Under the pieces are notes generated by a model. The model was not told the origin of the DNA, searched no databases, and saw nothing but the letters and a program-made list of their open reading frames with translations. From Amphiscolops sp. MND2022 (lineage: Eukaryota), in NCBI GenBank assembly GCA_964187785.1, contig OZ076413.1:23994001-24058000 (forward strand): a stretch of 64,000 bases of DNA, given 5' to 3'. Below are positions 51,401-63,516 of the stretch, piece by piece. The translations under genes and the position numbers were made by a program. Positions within the stretch are counted from its first letter, which is position 1; each line of letters opens with the position of its first letter.

Positions 51401-51844
51401 ATTTTAATGTCCTTTTACCCTTGGTTCTCCTTATGATATTGCTTATTTGGTTTTCTTCAAAAGTTCGCAAGTGTTTGCGAAGCACGGTTCGCATGTGTTG
51501 AAAATTGAAGCGATCCTTCAAATAGTTTTCACCGATTCTGAGACAGTTCGGTCGAAGTGTTTCAGAAATCCAAAGAACTACTGATGTATGCAACGGAATT
51601 TTTCTGTCGAACTCGTACCGTTGAAAATGTTGTGGTTACATTCCAACATATTCAGCCATACTCAATTTGACTTGAGTTGAGTTATAGACAGTGAACCGAA
51701 AAGTTGCAATTCCTTCAACGTGAATGGTTCACTTTTTTCCATTTCAAAATGTGCTCGAGTTCCTTTAACTTGTAAAATACTCCAGAAGTTTTTCCTTATT
51801 AGCTCGTTATTTTTGATGGTCATTGAAATATTCGTTTTCTTAAG

Positions 51845-52505
51845 AGTGCTGTCTTCACCTAACCGCTGCACACGGGGGGCATGCTGGCCACGACGGCTAT
51901 ACGGTCATCGCAGTTGAAGGAGAAACTTCTACGGAGGAGTACAACGTCCCGCTGTCACCTGACCGGGTCAAATTTGAGGTCGCTCTCCAATTCGAGGTCA
52001 TTCTGAACTCTAACGTAGGACAACAAAGTGAAACGTGTCATTCTCTCATCTCTACCGATGACGTCATCAAATCACTTTCAGAGGAGCTGATCAATGCTAC
52101 CTCTAGTGAAGATGAAGACGATGGAAACAGTGCTGACATTTGGGAGTTTTTCGTGATCGAGGAAGTTGAAGATCACAACGATGCCATCTTTTGCGAGGAT
52201 GAAGATCACCTGATCATTCATCTGACTTTGAATCCTTCGGCTAAAGAGGCAGTTGCCAACGGAACCGTGTCTATTCAGGATCTGAAGTACCTGTTCATAT
52301 CTCTTCAAGAAGCAAACTTCTCTTTCGGAGCCGCCACTTTCGGGGATGACATTCTGGTGCTCCGAAGTTCGTCGTCGTGCTTTGCCGAGGAATGTGAACA
52401 CATTCATTCTAATAGGAAGTACACATGGAAGATTCTTAAGCTCATCGGAGGTGTACTAGCAGTGGCGGTTTTCTTCATTCTTTTGGCCTTCTTCCTTGCT
52501 GTTCT
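51845..52505 (+). CDS. Exon of an unidentified single-pass membrane protein (ectodomain plus TM helix)
   Basis: 661-nt open frame after the TTTTCTTAAG acceptor, encoding HGGHAGHDG...LIGGVLAVAVFFILLAFFLAVL and ending at a consensus donor CT|GTGAGT (phase 2). Confidence 0.75.
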
Positions 52506-52718
52506 GTGAGTATTGCTGTATATGTAATGGTACATGTCTTGAATTGAAGCCAATTAATGCTTTGGTTGGCATTAATCCACTCAAACACCGATGCTATCGA
52601 TCAAAAAATAATAATGAAATTTCGAACCCTTATGTATGACTTTTGATTGTGAAGAGCATGATTCTCTGCTTGTTTGTGCAAAATGCAGCTTTGTGGAACC
52701 AAAGAATGGTTTTAATAG

Positions 52719-55700
52719 TGTAGAAGAAAAATGGAATGATCTTACTTTAAATGGGGGTCGAAACTCTTGACGTTGATGAATCACTTTATTCAATATTGAC
52801 AATGATTAATAATGGCACGTGGCAAATTATTCAAAGATTTCCATTACACTCCAGGGGACATAACTGGTGGGCGCTCTTGACAGTTTCGCCAGTTTTGAGT
52901 TTACATTTTCGAACAATGTTGTCCGACCCTGGATAAACTTCTGTCACAAGACCCAAGGGCCATAGTACTCTGGGCGAGTTGTTTTCAAGAATCCACACCA
53001 CTTGACCTTTCATTATGGGATTTTTGGTCGTATGCCACTTTGATTGGGGCCTGAGTGTCGGCAAGTACTCTTTCATGAGCCTTGTCCAGAATTGATTGGC
53101 ATTTGACTCGCACTGTCTATTTAGTTGAATTAGTCTATCGGTGTGTTTGTTCGCCTCTAATGTTGTCGTTGGGAAGTTGCTGCGTCGTGGGATGATGAAA
53201 TGGTTGGGTGTGAGGCATTCTATGTCGTTGCTATCTGCTGAAGCTTTTGTCAGAGGTCTGCTATTCATAATTCCTTCCACTTGGCAAATGAAGGTATTGA
53301 ATGTCTGTTGGGTCCAACTTTGGGTTCCAGACATTGAGTAGAGGATTCTTTTTGCCATCCTGATTAGACGTTCACAAGCTCCTCCTTCATGTGGCGTTCC
53401 AGGGGAAATGAATTTCCAATCAATTTGTTGGGATCCTAGTTTTTCTTCCCAGGTCCAAGGGTTTGGCTGCTGCGTGGAATGTACTCGCGTTGTCAGATGT
53501 TATACTTGTTGGTTTTCCTCGTCGGCTTGTGAATCGCCTGATCGCTAGTAAGCATGAGTCAGTTGTCAGGTCTTCAACAACTTCGAAGTGCACTGCTCTT
53601 GTTCTGAAGCAGGTGAAAATGCAGACGTATTGGCTGGTGCGTTGATTTCTTTGATATACAGGAAAGGGTCCAAAGTAGTCCATTCCAATGTCTTCGAAAG
53701 CTGCAGGTGTCTTCGCGAATCTAAATTCCGGCAGGTTACCCATTTTGGGTTGACTAGGTAGTTGACGTTGGCGTTTGCAGATGAAACAGTTGTAGATTAT
53801 TTGTTTGAGTGTGGTTGTCAAATGGGTCATCCGGTGTTCTTGTTGCAGTATTTTTCTCATGTGTTCTAGTCCTACGTGTCCTTCATCTTCGTGTATGTGC
53901 TGTATGTAGAGTCGTATGATGTAGTGTTTGGCATCTACGATTTGAGGGTTTTTTATTCGAAAGTTGATTGGGGCTTTTTGAAGTCGGCTGAGTGATCGAA
54001 GTGTTCCTTCTTGATCGAGATATGGGTTGAAGTTGACAATCTTGCTGCGTGCTTTAACGGTTTGTGTTCTTTGGATGTCCTTGATGTCTTCTGGAAAGCT
54101 TTCATTTTGTGCGACTCTGAAAATGTCTTTACTCCATTGATAACGTTCTTTTACTGTGGATAGTCGTCGTTTGGCAAGATCCAATGTCTTGAGAATATAG
54201 AAGGTAGTTCGTAGCAATCTTTTCCACGATGAGAAATGTTTGTAGTCCACGAACGTATGCGGTGTAGTGCAGATTAGGCTGTAGGTTTGTATGTCGTCTG
54301 TTTTTGATGTCGGCATATTGTCCAGAGTGCTGGGTGTGGTGTCTTCGATAGTTCGAGGCCATAAATGTGAAGGCAACTTGAGAAAAACTGGTCCATTCAT
54401 CCATTGTGAGTGCTTGAGTTCTGTTGTCTTGATTCCTCGGGTTCCTTCGTCGGCTGGATTGAGTTTTGTAGGTACGTATTTCCAATCATCTATAGCTGTC
54501 GTGTGTCGTATTTCGTGTAGTCGATTGGCAATATACGTTTTCTGTCGGTTGTTAATGTTGTAGATCCAATGTAAGACAACTGTGCTGTCAGTCCAGTGTG
54601 TGATCTTTGAGACTGACAGGGTCGTGTTTTTGATGAATGCTCTTTGTAATCGGCATGAGTAAACGGCTGCTTGTAGTTCCAGTTTTGGAATGGTCTCTGG
54701 TTTCAGTGGGGCGACTCTTGTTTTTCCCATGACGAATTTCGTTTGGTAGACTGTTTTGTGTGCGAATCGGATGAAAATGACTGTGGCGAGGGCCTGAGAT
54801 GAGGCATCGCAGAAGACGTGTAGTTCTATTGGCTGAACGGTTGGCAAATTGTAATATCGAGGGATCTTTATTTCATTCAAATGTGCTGTATTAGTGGTCC
54901 ATTCCTTGACGAATTGTTGAAGGTCTTCAGAGTTGTCCGTTTCGCCATATCTCTTGTAACTTTATCTTCATGACAATTGTGACAGGTGCTGTTATTCCCA
55001 GTGGGTCAAAAAGTCGTGTAATGAGTCCTAACAGTTTGCGTTGAGTCCATTTCTGCAGGATGTCCGGGTTGTGTTTGTTTATTTGAGCTGCAAACATGTC
55101 GGTGAGCGGGAACCAGGAAACTCCCAGTACCTTTTGTCTGTTGTTCTTTGTGAAGATTTCGTCTTTCTCGTTCGTCAATAGGGTTTCATCCAGTTCATTG
55201 CAGAATGCTCGGGAATTGCTACACCACTTGATAAGGTTGAAGGAGTGGCTTCCTAAAACGTGTCTTAATCGTTGATGTAGTTGTAGTGCTTCTTCGGTTG
55301 ATCCAACGGATTTCACAAAATCGTCCATGTAGAAGTCGGTTGTCACGGTTTCGAGAACATCTGGATAGTTCTTCGCGTTGTCTCTGGTTGCTTGTTGTAA
55401 AGCGTAGATGGCGCAAGCAGGTGAATCTCTGGCACCAAATATGTGTCTTTGGTATTCGAATTCCTTCGGTGGTTTGTTGAAGTCGTCGTTCCACAAAAAT
55501 CGCAAGAATTTGCGATCTTCTTTTCGGACTCCAACTTGCATGAAAAAACCTATGTCGGCGGTGATGAGTATTGGCTTCTCGCGACTGCGTAGTATGATTC
55601 CAACTAGGTCGTTCAGTAGGTCGGGTCCAGGTAGTAGATGATCGTTGAGGCATGTTCCATTGAAGACAGCGGCGGCGTTAGCAATGCGGCGAATCTTTCC

Positions 55701-58437
55701 AGGTTTCGCCGGGCTAACTATTCCATAGTGTGGTAGAAACCACTTGGTGTTGTCTTCCTCTTGTTCTCCGTTGATTTCTTTGATGTATCCTTTGTCCAAG
55801 TCTTTCTGTATTTCTTTTCTGTAGAGCTGTGCTAGGTCGTCGTCTTCTTTGCGTTTCCTCTGTAGGGACTTCAAATGGTTTTCGGCGTAAATGCGATTGT
55901 TTGGCAGTTCCTCAGTTGACTTGCAGAGAAGTCCTGTTTCGAATCGTCCTTCATCTGTTTTGCGGCAAGTGTCTGCGAGTATTTCAAGTGCTTTGTCTTC
56001 GTCGTTAGTCGTTGGGTCTTCGGTTGCTGCTCTGGGTCCATAAGATTCCACTTCCACCAACTTTTGACATCTTCAAACAGTTGTTGGTCGTGGCTTTCAC
56101 ATGTTTGGCAAAACTAGACATCATTCGTTGGTGTACAATGCTGATTCGGTCCAGCGACGGTCCATCCGAGGCGGCTTCTGACGGCAATGGGTTGCTCTGT
56201 GTTTCCTTCTCGAATTTCTCTAGCTATAATGAGAGCGTACATGTCGCATCCAAGTAGTGCTTCTACGTTCAGGTTGTTGAGCTGTGGCATTTGGATGTCT
56301 CTGAGATGTCCATATTTGTCGGCTATCTGTTTGGGGTGTTCTTTAACTGTTGGCAGTTGGTCGTTGTCGACTATGTAGACGTTTCTCCATTTATGTGTTT
56401 CTCTGTTTTCGATATCAGATAGTTGTAGATCAACTACGGTACTGTTGATTGTCTGTGTTGCGTTGAATCCTTTAATCTTCAGTGTCGTTGTTGTCTTCGG
56501 GGTGAGTTTCAGCTTTTCTGCTATGTTCTTTGTGAGGAAGCTTGACGTACTTCCACTGTCAAGTAGAGCATACACTGCTGTAGAGCGGTGTTGACTGTGC
56601 AGGTTGATTGGTAAAATCTGCAAAGTGGCTGCTGGCTGATGCGTCTCTGTTCTGTAGTTTTCGGCTTCTGTGTTCCTTTGAAGGCAGTTGTTTGTCGATA
56701 CCTTTTGTGTCACGTGAACTGATGCAGTTGTTCCTTTGTGGCTCGGGCTTTTGTCATGAGATGCTTCCAGTGTCTGATTTCTGTTGTTTGTTCTGAATCC
56801 TTGTCTTCCGGTGAGGTGTGATGAGCCACCGGCTATCTGGAAGTCTCTATGAAGTAAAGTGTTGTGTCGTTCATTGCAGTTGCTATGTTGGCAGTTCTTC
56901 TTTGAAGGGCAGTTGGCAATGCGGTGGTCTTTATTCAGGCAGCTGTTTCTTGTAGTCATCTGTCTCTCTTCCGGGCTCTGTGCGATGAAAATTGGGCATT
57001 TGAAAATTTGGTGTCGTCCATCTAGAGGGCAGGTTGTTGATTGACTTGTTGATCCTTTGCTGTTGATGGTCTGTGTTGTGAATGTCTGTAGTGTATGTAG
57101 TTGTTGGTTATCCTTGTCTTCTAGTAGCTCGTATGCTTGCTTCTGCTATCGGTTTCAACCAATCGCAGAAGGTAATCAGATTTGGTCGGTCGATGCGGCG
57201 GTTGACGATGTATTGTTGCCATCGTATAAGATCTGAGGTGGGTAATTTCTTGATGGCATGTCGCAAGTTTGTTGTTGACTCCAGGTCAGCTGTGTGTTCT
57301 AAGTGCTGCAGATTGCGGATCATTCCGTTGATGAATGTTGTGTAGTTGATGTATGATTCAGGGTTACCTTTGGTTGGTGGTCCAGGAGTTGTTGTATGTA
57401 CGCATTGACAATTGTCGTTGCTTTTCCAAATTTTCTTTCGAGTTCCTGCAGGGCATCATTGTAGAATTGTCCGTTGCAGTGGAAATGAAGAATGGCGTCT
57501 TTTGCTTTTCCTGTAACTAATCCTTGTAGATACGCGATCTTCTGGCTGTTGCTGAGTGGCGTGTTGCCGATCATGAAGTCGAAGCGACTTCTCCAATCAG
57601 ACCACTGTAGAGGGTCCCCAGTGTAGGGTTCAATGTTCATCTTTGGCAGTGTGTTCATGTAGGGTCCAAATGTCAGGTCATATGGTAGTCCATAGTGGTC
57701 TGCGGTGGCATTCGTAGCTGCATGGACTGCGGATGCTGTTGGCAGTGACCCTTGTCGATCCTCTTGGTTGTCTGCTGCATTTGCTTGACGATTGTTGACA
57801 GTCTGTGGGGTTGAGTTGCTGTTGTCCGGTTGGGTCTGTTGTCGTCTGTGATCTTCTTCATCGTTGGTTGCGTCGAAACTGACATTGGCTGCACGTCCTG
57901 TTTGATTGTTAGCGACGTCGGGTTGTTGATTAGCTGTCATGGTTTGAAAAGTGGACGCTGACGTTATGTTCGCCTGTGTTTCGCTGAGGTGCATACTTTT
58001 CTGCGCAAGCTCATCGACTTGTAGATGAAATTGCGAGAGCTGGTCGATCAGTTCGGTTTGTTATTCTGCTGGGGTTTCGTCAATTGCTTCATAAGTTTTC
58101 TCTTCTAAGTCTTCAAGTCTTAGTTGTACTGTGTTTTTGTAATGGTTAATTGCAATAATGTTTGGCTTTTCTGACTCTAATTCTTTTGAAAAACTGTTCA
58201 ACGCTGACTCCATTTTAGTTTTTGCAATGTGAAGTTTTGCCTTTATTGTGGCGATTGACTTTTTCGGGGGCATGTTCATTCAAAATTGTCGGAGGGGTCA
58301 CCAAAAATGTAGAAGAAAATTGGAATGATCTTACTTTAAATGGGGGTCGAAACTCTTGACGTTGATGAATCACTTTATTCAATATTGACAATGATTAATA
58401 TTGGCACGTGGCAAATTATTCAAAGATTTCCATTACA
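52719..58437 (-). mobile_element. Full-length BEL/Pao LTR retrotransposon, inserted in an intron
   Basis: 130-bp LTRs (52719-52848, 58308-58437; 2 mismatches), AATAG target duplication and PBS TGGTGACCCC (tRNA-Trp-like). Gag DUF1759, Cys-His knuckle, protease LLDSGST, RT YMDD, RNase H DASSQA and integrase. At least six stops/frameshifts. Confidence 0.96.
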
Positions 58438-58472
58438 AATAGGTTGTGAACTTTTTTGATGGTGTTTTGTAG

Positions 58473-58773
58473 GTGCTCGACTTGTGACAGATGCGCTAGA
58501 ACCTTCGAGGTTTCTCAATGGGCCAAAACTTATGACGTCAGACAATCAACGGGTGCAGCTGAAGTAGCCTTCGGAGACAGGAGTAACTTTCATGCAACTG
58601 AGATCCCTCGGCCTTTGTTTTGGAAGCCTTTCGGAATGTTTGCTAACGACAACTCGGGTTCCTACGACATGTCAACTTGGGATGCTCCCAACAAAGCAGG
58701 TAGCAACGAAGTGTCTAGTTACATGGTGGAACCCAATGTTATTGTGAAGCATGTGGAAACTGTTATCCAATGA
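58473..58773 (+). CDS. Terminal exon (cytoplasmic tail) of the membrane protein gene
   Basis: TTTTGTAG| acceptor in phase 2 matches the 52505 donor and gives ...FLAVL-CSTCDRCARTFEV...VKHVETVIQ*. Confidence 0.75.
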
Positions 58774-60825
58774 TTGCACTGGGAACGTATGTGTACTACT
58801 AGAACTTTTCAAGTCATCCCTTGTGACGTCATTATTTCTTCCCAAATGACGCAATCAATCATTCCTAAACCATGACGTCATCCAGATTTTATTTATATTT
58901 GTAAAAAATAATTTCCAGAAATTGTTAGCTATAGTTTGATATTGACATAGATTGATCTCAATCCCAATGATTTATCAAAATGTTTTTATGTGTAATGAAA
59001 ATATTTGTTCGAGATGTTTTTATTGAGTGGATAGTTTTAACAAAATCACAGAATTGGTCTGATAAGTGGATAAATGGGGCTCCAATTTTGAACGTTTGTT
59101 CAAATTATATTTTTTTGCAAGAAACTTGACATCTTTATACTCATTTGAAAAATATTAGTCTTAGCCATTGAGATATATCCCCCAATGAGGATGCTCAAAA
59201 AATAATTTGTATTGATGTAAAAATTTAATGTACAGCGAAATCTTCAATTTAGCTCCTTCACAAAACAGTATCACAGTAAAAAAATATATAAAAATAGTCT
59301 CAATAATTCAACTGAGGAGAGATGACTGTCATTTTTATAATTTCTGCCGTAGCAAGAATATTATTGAAACCTCAAGATTTCCACGTTTTTTGTTCAGTAA
59401 AATTCTTGTCGTGATACTGAAGAATTCGGATATTTTGTTCGGCAGTGAGTATAAGCGTGAGATTTGAATTTCTCAAGCTGCCGACGACAATTCGTTTCTC
59501 GTGTGATGGAACGAACGAGTGGTAATTATGCATTCGTACGCCGAATTCATTGAGATGAAGCGAGCGAATGTTTGTAATTATGCTTTCGTACGCCGAGTTA
59601 AGATAAAGTGAACGATTGTTAAATTTTCGTTCGCCGAGAGCTTCCCCTGCATTCAAATGCGAATACGAAACTTCGTCTACGTTTAATAGTTATATTTCCT
59701 TTACGGTGTCAGGACATTTCATCCTATGCAATTTCAACCTTCGCATTTTCAACCGCTGACAATTTCAACCTATTGCATCTTCCTTTACTCCGAGAACAAT
59801 TAAAGGCGGTGTTAACTGGTAGAGTGATTAAGACATGCTTCTATTATTGAAGATGAAAGCCTAAAAGCAGAAATAGTGTAGCCCGCAGGGGCTTATTTTT
59901 TGGGAAGGAGTGAGATCCCCATTTAGCGACTAGATATTATAAATCAAAGCAACAACAGAAAAAAAACTAATTAAAATCTCAATACCGACAAACGTCAAAG
60001 CCGAGTGAAGTCAGAGATCAAAGAAGTTGGGGTTCTTCACTAGAAAACGTTTTATTTGAAGGAACAATCTAGCCCAATAATTGGAAAATTTCGAAACCAT
60101 TGATGAAAAAAGTTCAAATTCCAATCATTCCTAGGTCAATTTTTTAAAAAAATGTCTCTGCTGGCCTTAAACCATTTGGTAGTATCTAGACAGGCCTTTC
60201 TTGAAAGAATTGAGAGGAATTTTGTTTGATGAGTCCATAATCGGAATTGTGCTTGTAAGAATGAAACACTGATAAGTTTTCTGTTCAAATGGAAGTATAA
60301 ACCAATAAAAACGAATTGAACATTTTAAAAGTGGAATTTGATTGGCTAATAGAGCCTGGATTGGTCAATTTTTGATCCGATGAAAAATAAACTGTTAATA
60401 AGTTAACTGAAAAGATCTCATTTACCAAAGAAAGGTTTTTGAACACAAAAAGTTTTTGAAATGCGATAAATTGCAGTTCAATTGAAACAAAATTCTATCA
60501 ATTTCGAAATAGGTTCTATGGTTTATACAATTAAACCTACTACCAAAAGGGCTGAAAATACGCAGCGAAGCAGTATTGACGGCTATTTTGCAATTCCTGT
60601 GCAAAACCGTATAAATCATTTCATTTTCTAAACCGATGTGAAGGGCATTACTAAATCTACGGGTTTCAAGCCAACTTTTCGCGGCTTTTCGGTTAACCGA
60701 ATCAGGTTTAAGAACTAGTTAAAAAGTTTGCTCATCGGTTAACACGTGGTCCACTATAGGTCTCCTGGTTTTCGAGAGCATTAATGTGGTTTATGGTTTA
60801 TTGATGCTGGCTTGTAAAAGCACGG

Positions 60826-62811
60826 CTATGCTTTGCATGCCTTCATGGCGGCAGTTATTTTCTGCTGAGCTAGCTCCAGCTGTTGTATGTCCTCTTTAGT
60901 CTCGTTCAGCTCTTTCAACATGTCCGGATCTGGATTCAGAGATTCCGACAAATCCATCACTGACGAATCCAGTTTCTAAACATGCAATCAAATTCATCTC
61001 TGACAGAAAACTTTTGATCGCCGATTTTAATTACGTTGGCTTTGAATTGTTTTTGGATCTTACCAATTTTGAATTTCAATTCAAATTCGGAAAAGTTGCA
61101 TTGATTACGAGTTATGCAAGTATCTAATTTTATTTATGGCCAAAATATTTCGAAATATTGCCATTCATGATCACGTTTTCAGTCGGAGGTGTTAGAAAAA
61201 AGCAGTTTTTCAGAAAAAAATACAGTGACTAGTTTTGTCTTCACCCTAACTTCGTAGTATTCACTTTTTTGTTCAACTTCAAGAATTTCATATCGTCGTG
61301 AAGCAAGTTTTAAATGTATCTAGGACCATATTACAAGGCTTCGAGGGTTTTTGGCACAGGATCCCACCTTTGAGGTTTGTCAGTTTTTTTTATTACTTGA
61401 ACAGCAAATGGCCCCCTTTGACTTTATTTTGAAACAATGCATTTAGTAGCACCGAAGCTTTTTGATGCGTTTCTTGCGCTTTTGAGCCTCAAACGGGGCC
61501 AACTTGGGCCGTGCTCGGTTTGTTCAAGAATTCAACTCACGTATTTGAGATCTTCGGGCATCTTCTTTCGGAAATGATACATGAGCAATTTCCCAACGTT
61601 CCCAGCAACTCGATACCCTAAAACAACTCGAATTGAGTCAACTAGTTCAGGTAGCCTTAAAAACTTCCCAAATTTCCGAGAGAGTGGTAACAAAAGAGAT
61701 TTAAACATTCTCTTGATTTCAGTGCATCTAAAACGATACCGATTTCTGATGGATACATGTCGTCCGCATAAGATTAGCACCCAAGAGTTTACTTGGGTCC
61801 AAGTCACGAGTTTCACGCCACAGAATAGATGCTTTTCTCAAATATGGGAAATGCGGTCGTCAAACTTTTTGAAACTAGTGTTTTCTTTTTCTTAAAGAAA
61901 AATTAAGCAAACCGTTTTCAAGCAAATGCTTTCATTTTCAGGAAACATGATCTACCTCAACCTAGTAAGGTGGAAAATTTTGAAACACTTGCTTAAAGTT
62001 GAAAAGTTTGAATTTCAATTATTCCTAGAAAGTATTACAGTCAACTCGGTTTTAACTTATCCGTGTACACTTGAGTTCAAGTTCCTTATAACCAACAACT
62101 CACTACGAAATAAATAGTCGGTGCATTGTACTTATCGTCATAAATTCAGCCGAATATAAGAGATGCCATTTACAGTTAGTTACCTGTATAAAAGAAGTGA
62201 GTTTCTAGTTTCTGGTGGAGAGTTTCCTGTTCATTCACCAAAGTGTCGGCTTCTATCACGATTCTCGTGTTCGCAGTTGGACTTCCTTTCATCAGTTTCA
62301 GAAAAGATTTCAGGAAGTTTTTGTTCACACCAGGAGTGGAGAAAACTGATTCATCCATTTCTTTTCCTAGAGCAAAATTTCAATTTAGGGTCTGAAAACT
62401 TGGATTCCGATGTGACCAATTTGATGTCTGAAAAATCTAACCTTTTGAAGCGTTTTCTTCTGCTTGATCAAAGGCACTCAACGGCCCTGTGAGATCTGAA
62501 CAACAAAATTATAAAACCAATTTATAATAACCTCATAATAAGTATATCAAGGTAACGTTCAGGAAGACTAGCAATTAATCAAGGTAACCTGAAACAATAG
62601 AAATACAATTCCCGAATTTTCTATTGAAAGGAAAATCCTGTACCAACTATAACGACTGTCTTAAAAGACTATGAAGAACTGTTTCAACACCTGTATTTAG
62701 CCAGTCATGATCATCTAAAAGAGTTCCGAATTTTAGAACTTTTTTCATGATGTCTTACCAATCCATTTTGCATTTATTACAGTAACGTTGAAAATGACCT
62801 TATTCAAAATC
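60826..62811 (-). CDS. 3' part of an unidentified multi-exon gene (62759-62811, 62691-62714, 62442-62495, 62184-62366, 61541-61617, 60826-60975)
   Basis: Six GT-AG exons splice in phase to a 179-aa stop-free frame ending in a coiled-coil-like MLKELNETKEDIQQLELAQQKITAAMKACKA*. AATAAA lies about 24 nt after the stop. The last four exons are firmer than the first two. Confidence 0.75.
61400..61524 (+). mobile_element. Degenerate HINE 3' end inside the last intron of the minus-strand gene
   Basis: TTGAGCCTCAAACGGGGCCAACTTGGGCCGTGCTCGGTTTGTT aligns with the HINE terminus. Confidence 0.55.
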
Positions 62812-63516
62812 CTGAATTGTCTATGAGGTGAATGAATGTGATTTTCACCTTTGAGAGATGTATGTAAATTTGCATGTTTAAATTTGCGTTCCATCGATAC
62901 TTCCAAACACCATAACTGTATGCGTTAACGCTGGAGTCGCAATGAAAGGTTGCATGCTTGTTTTTGTCAGTCTAATACTATCGACTGAAAAATGAGGATC
63001 GTCAAATATCATTTCAAGTTACAATTACGCTCGAAGCTCTGATACTCGAATCAAAGTGGTAACAGAAAAGAAGTTTATAAGGTTTTTAATGGTTTTATTC
63101 AAACGCTTTCACTGTCAAGAAGTTTCAACTCAGTGTGATGACTGTCTTCAGTTGTTGAAGACGCTCAGGAATGAATGATGTGTTGGAAAATTTCCGAGCA
63201 AAACATTTTAACCCTGTTAAAAAGTCATGAAAAACTTCGTGTTCAATGAAATAAGTTGAAGTAGGCCAGCCTTATTTCAATAATGGACGTTTATCAACGA
63301 GTTATTTGATCAGCAAGCATTGTAGAATAATTGTAACAAAGAAGGTAAAGGTTTTGTTCATCAAAATGGTCTTGAGCAGTGTTACTCTGGATCACATTTT
63401 ATTCTTAGAAAAAATTTCAACATCGACGGCTGAAAAATAATTCTTAGTGTCTTAAAATTTTATTTAAAACTCTGCGACTCTTCCAAGATACTTTTTATTA
63501 TTTCTGCGATAGAGGG

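Noticed and set aside
52153-52509. Stand-alone 118-aa tail-anchored protein from the ORF track
   Set aside because: The frame is open back to 51844 and the stop overlaps a consensus donor that splices in phase to 58473.
577-62366. Paralogy between the 269-827 and 60826-62811 peptides (DTLV.E...L...FF.G)
   Set aside because: The match is too short, and spacing and exon phases differ.
63040-63440. Possible decayed Maverick/virus-like coding relic
   Set aside because: No diagnostic motif recognised, and multiple stops.
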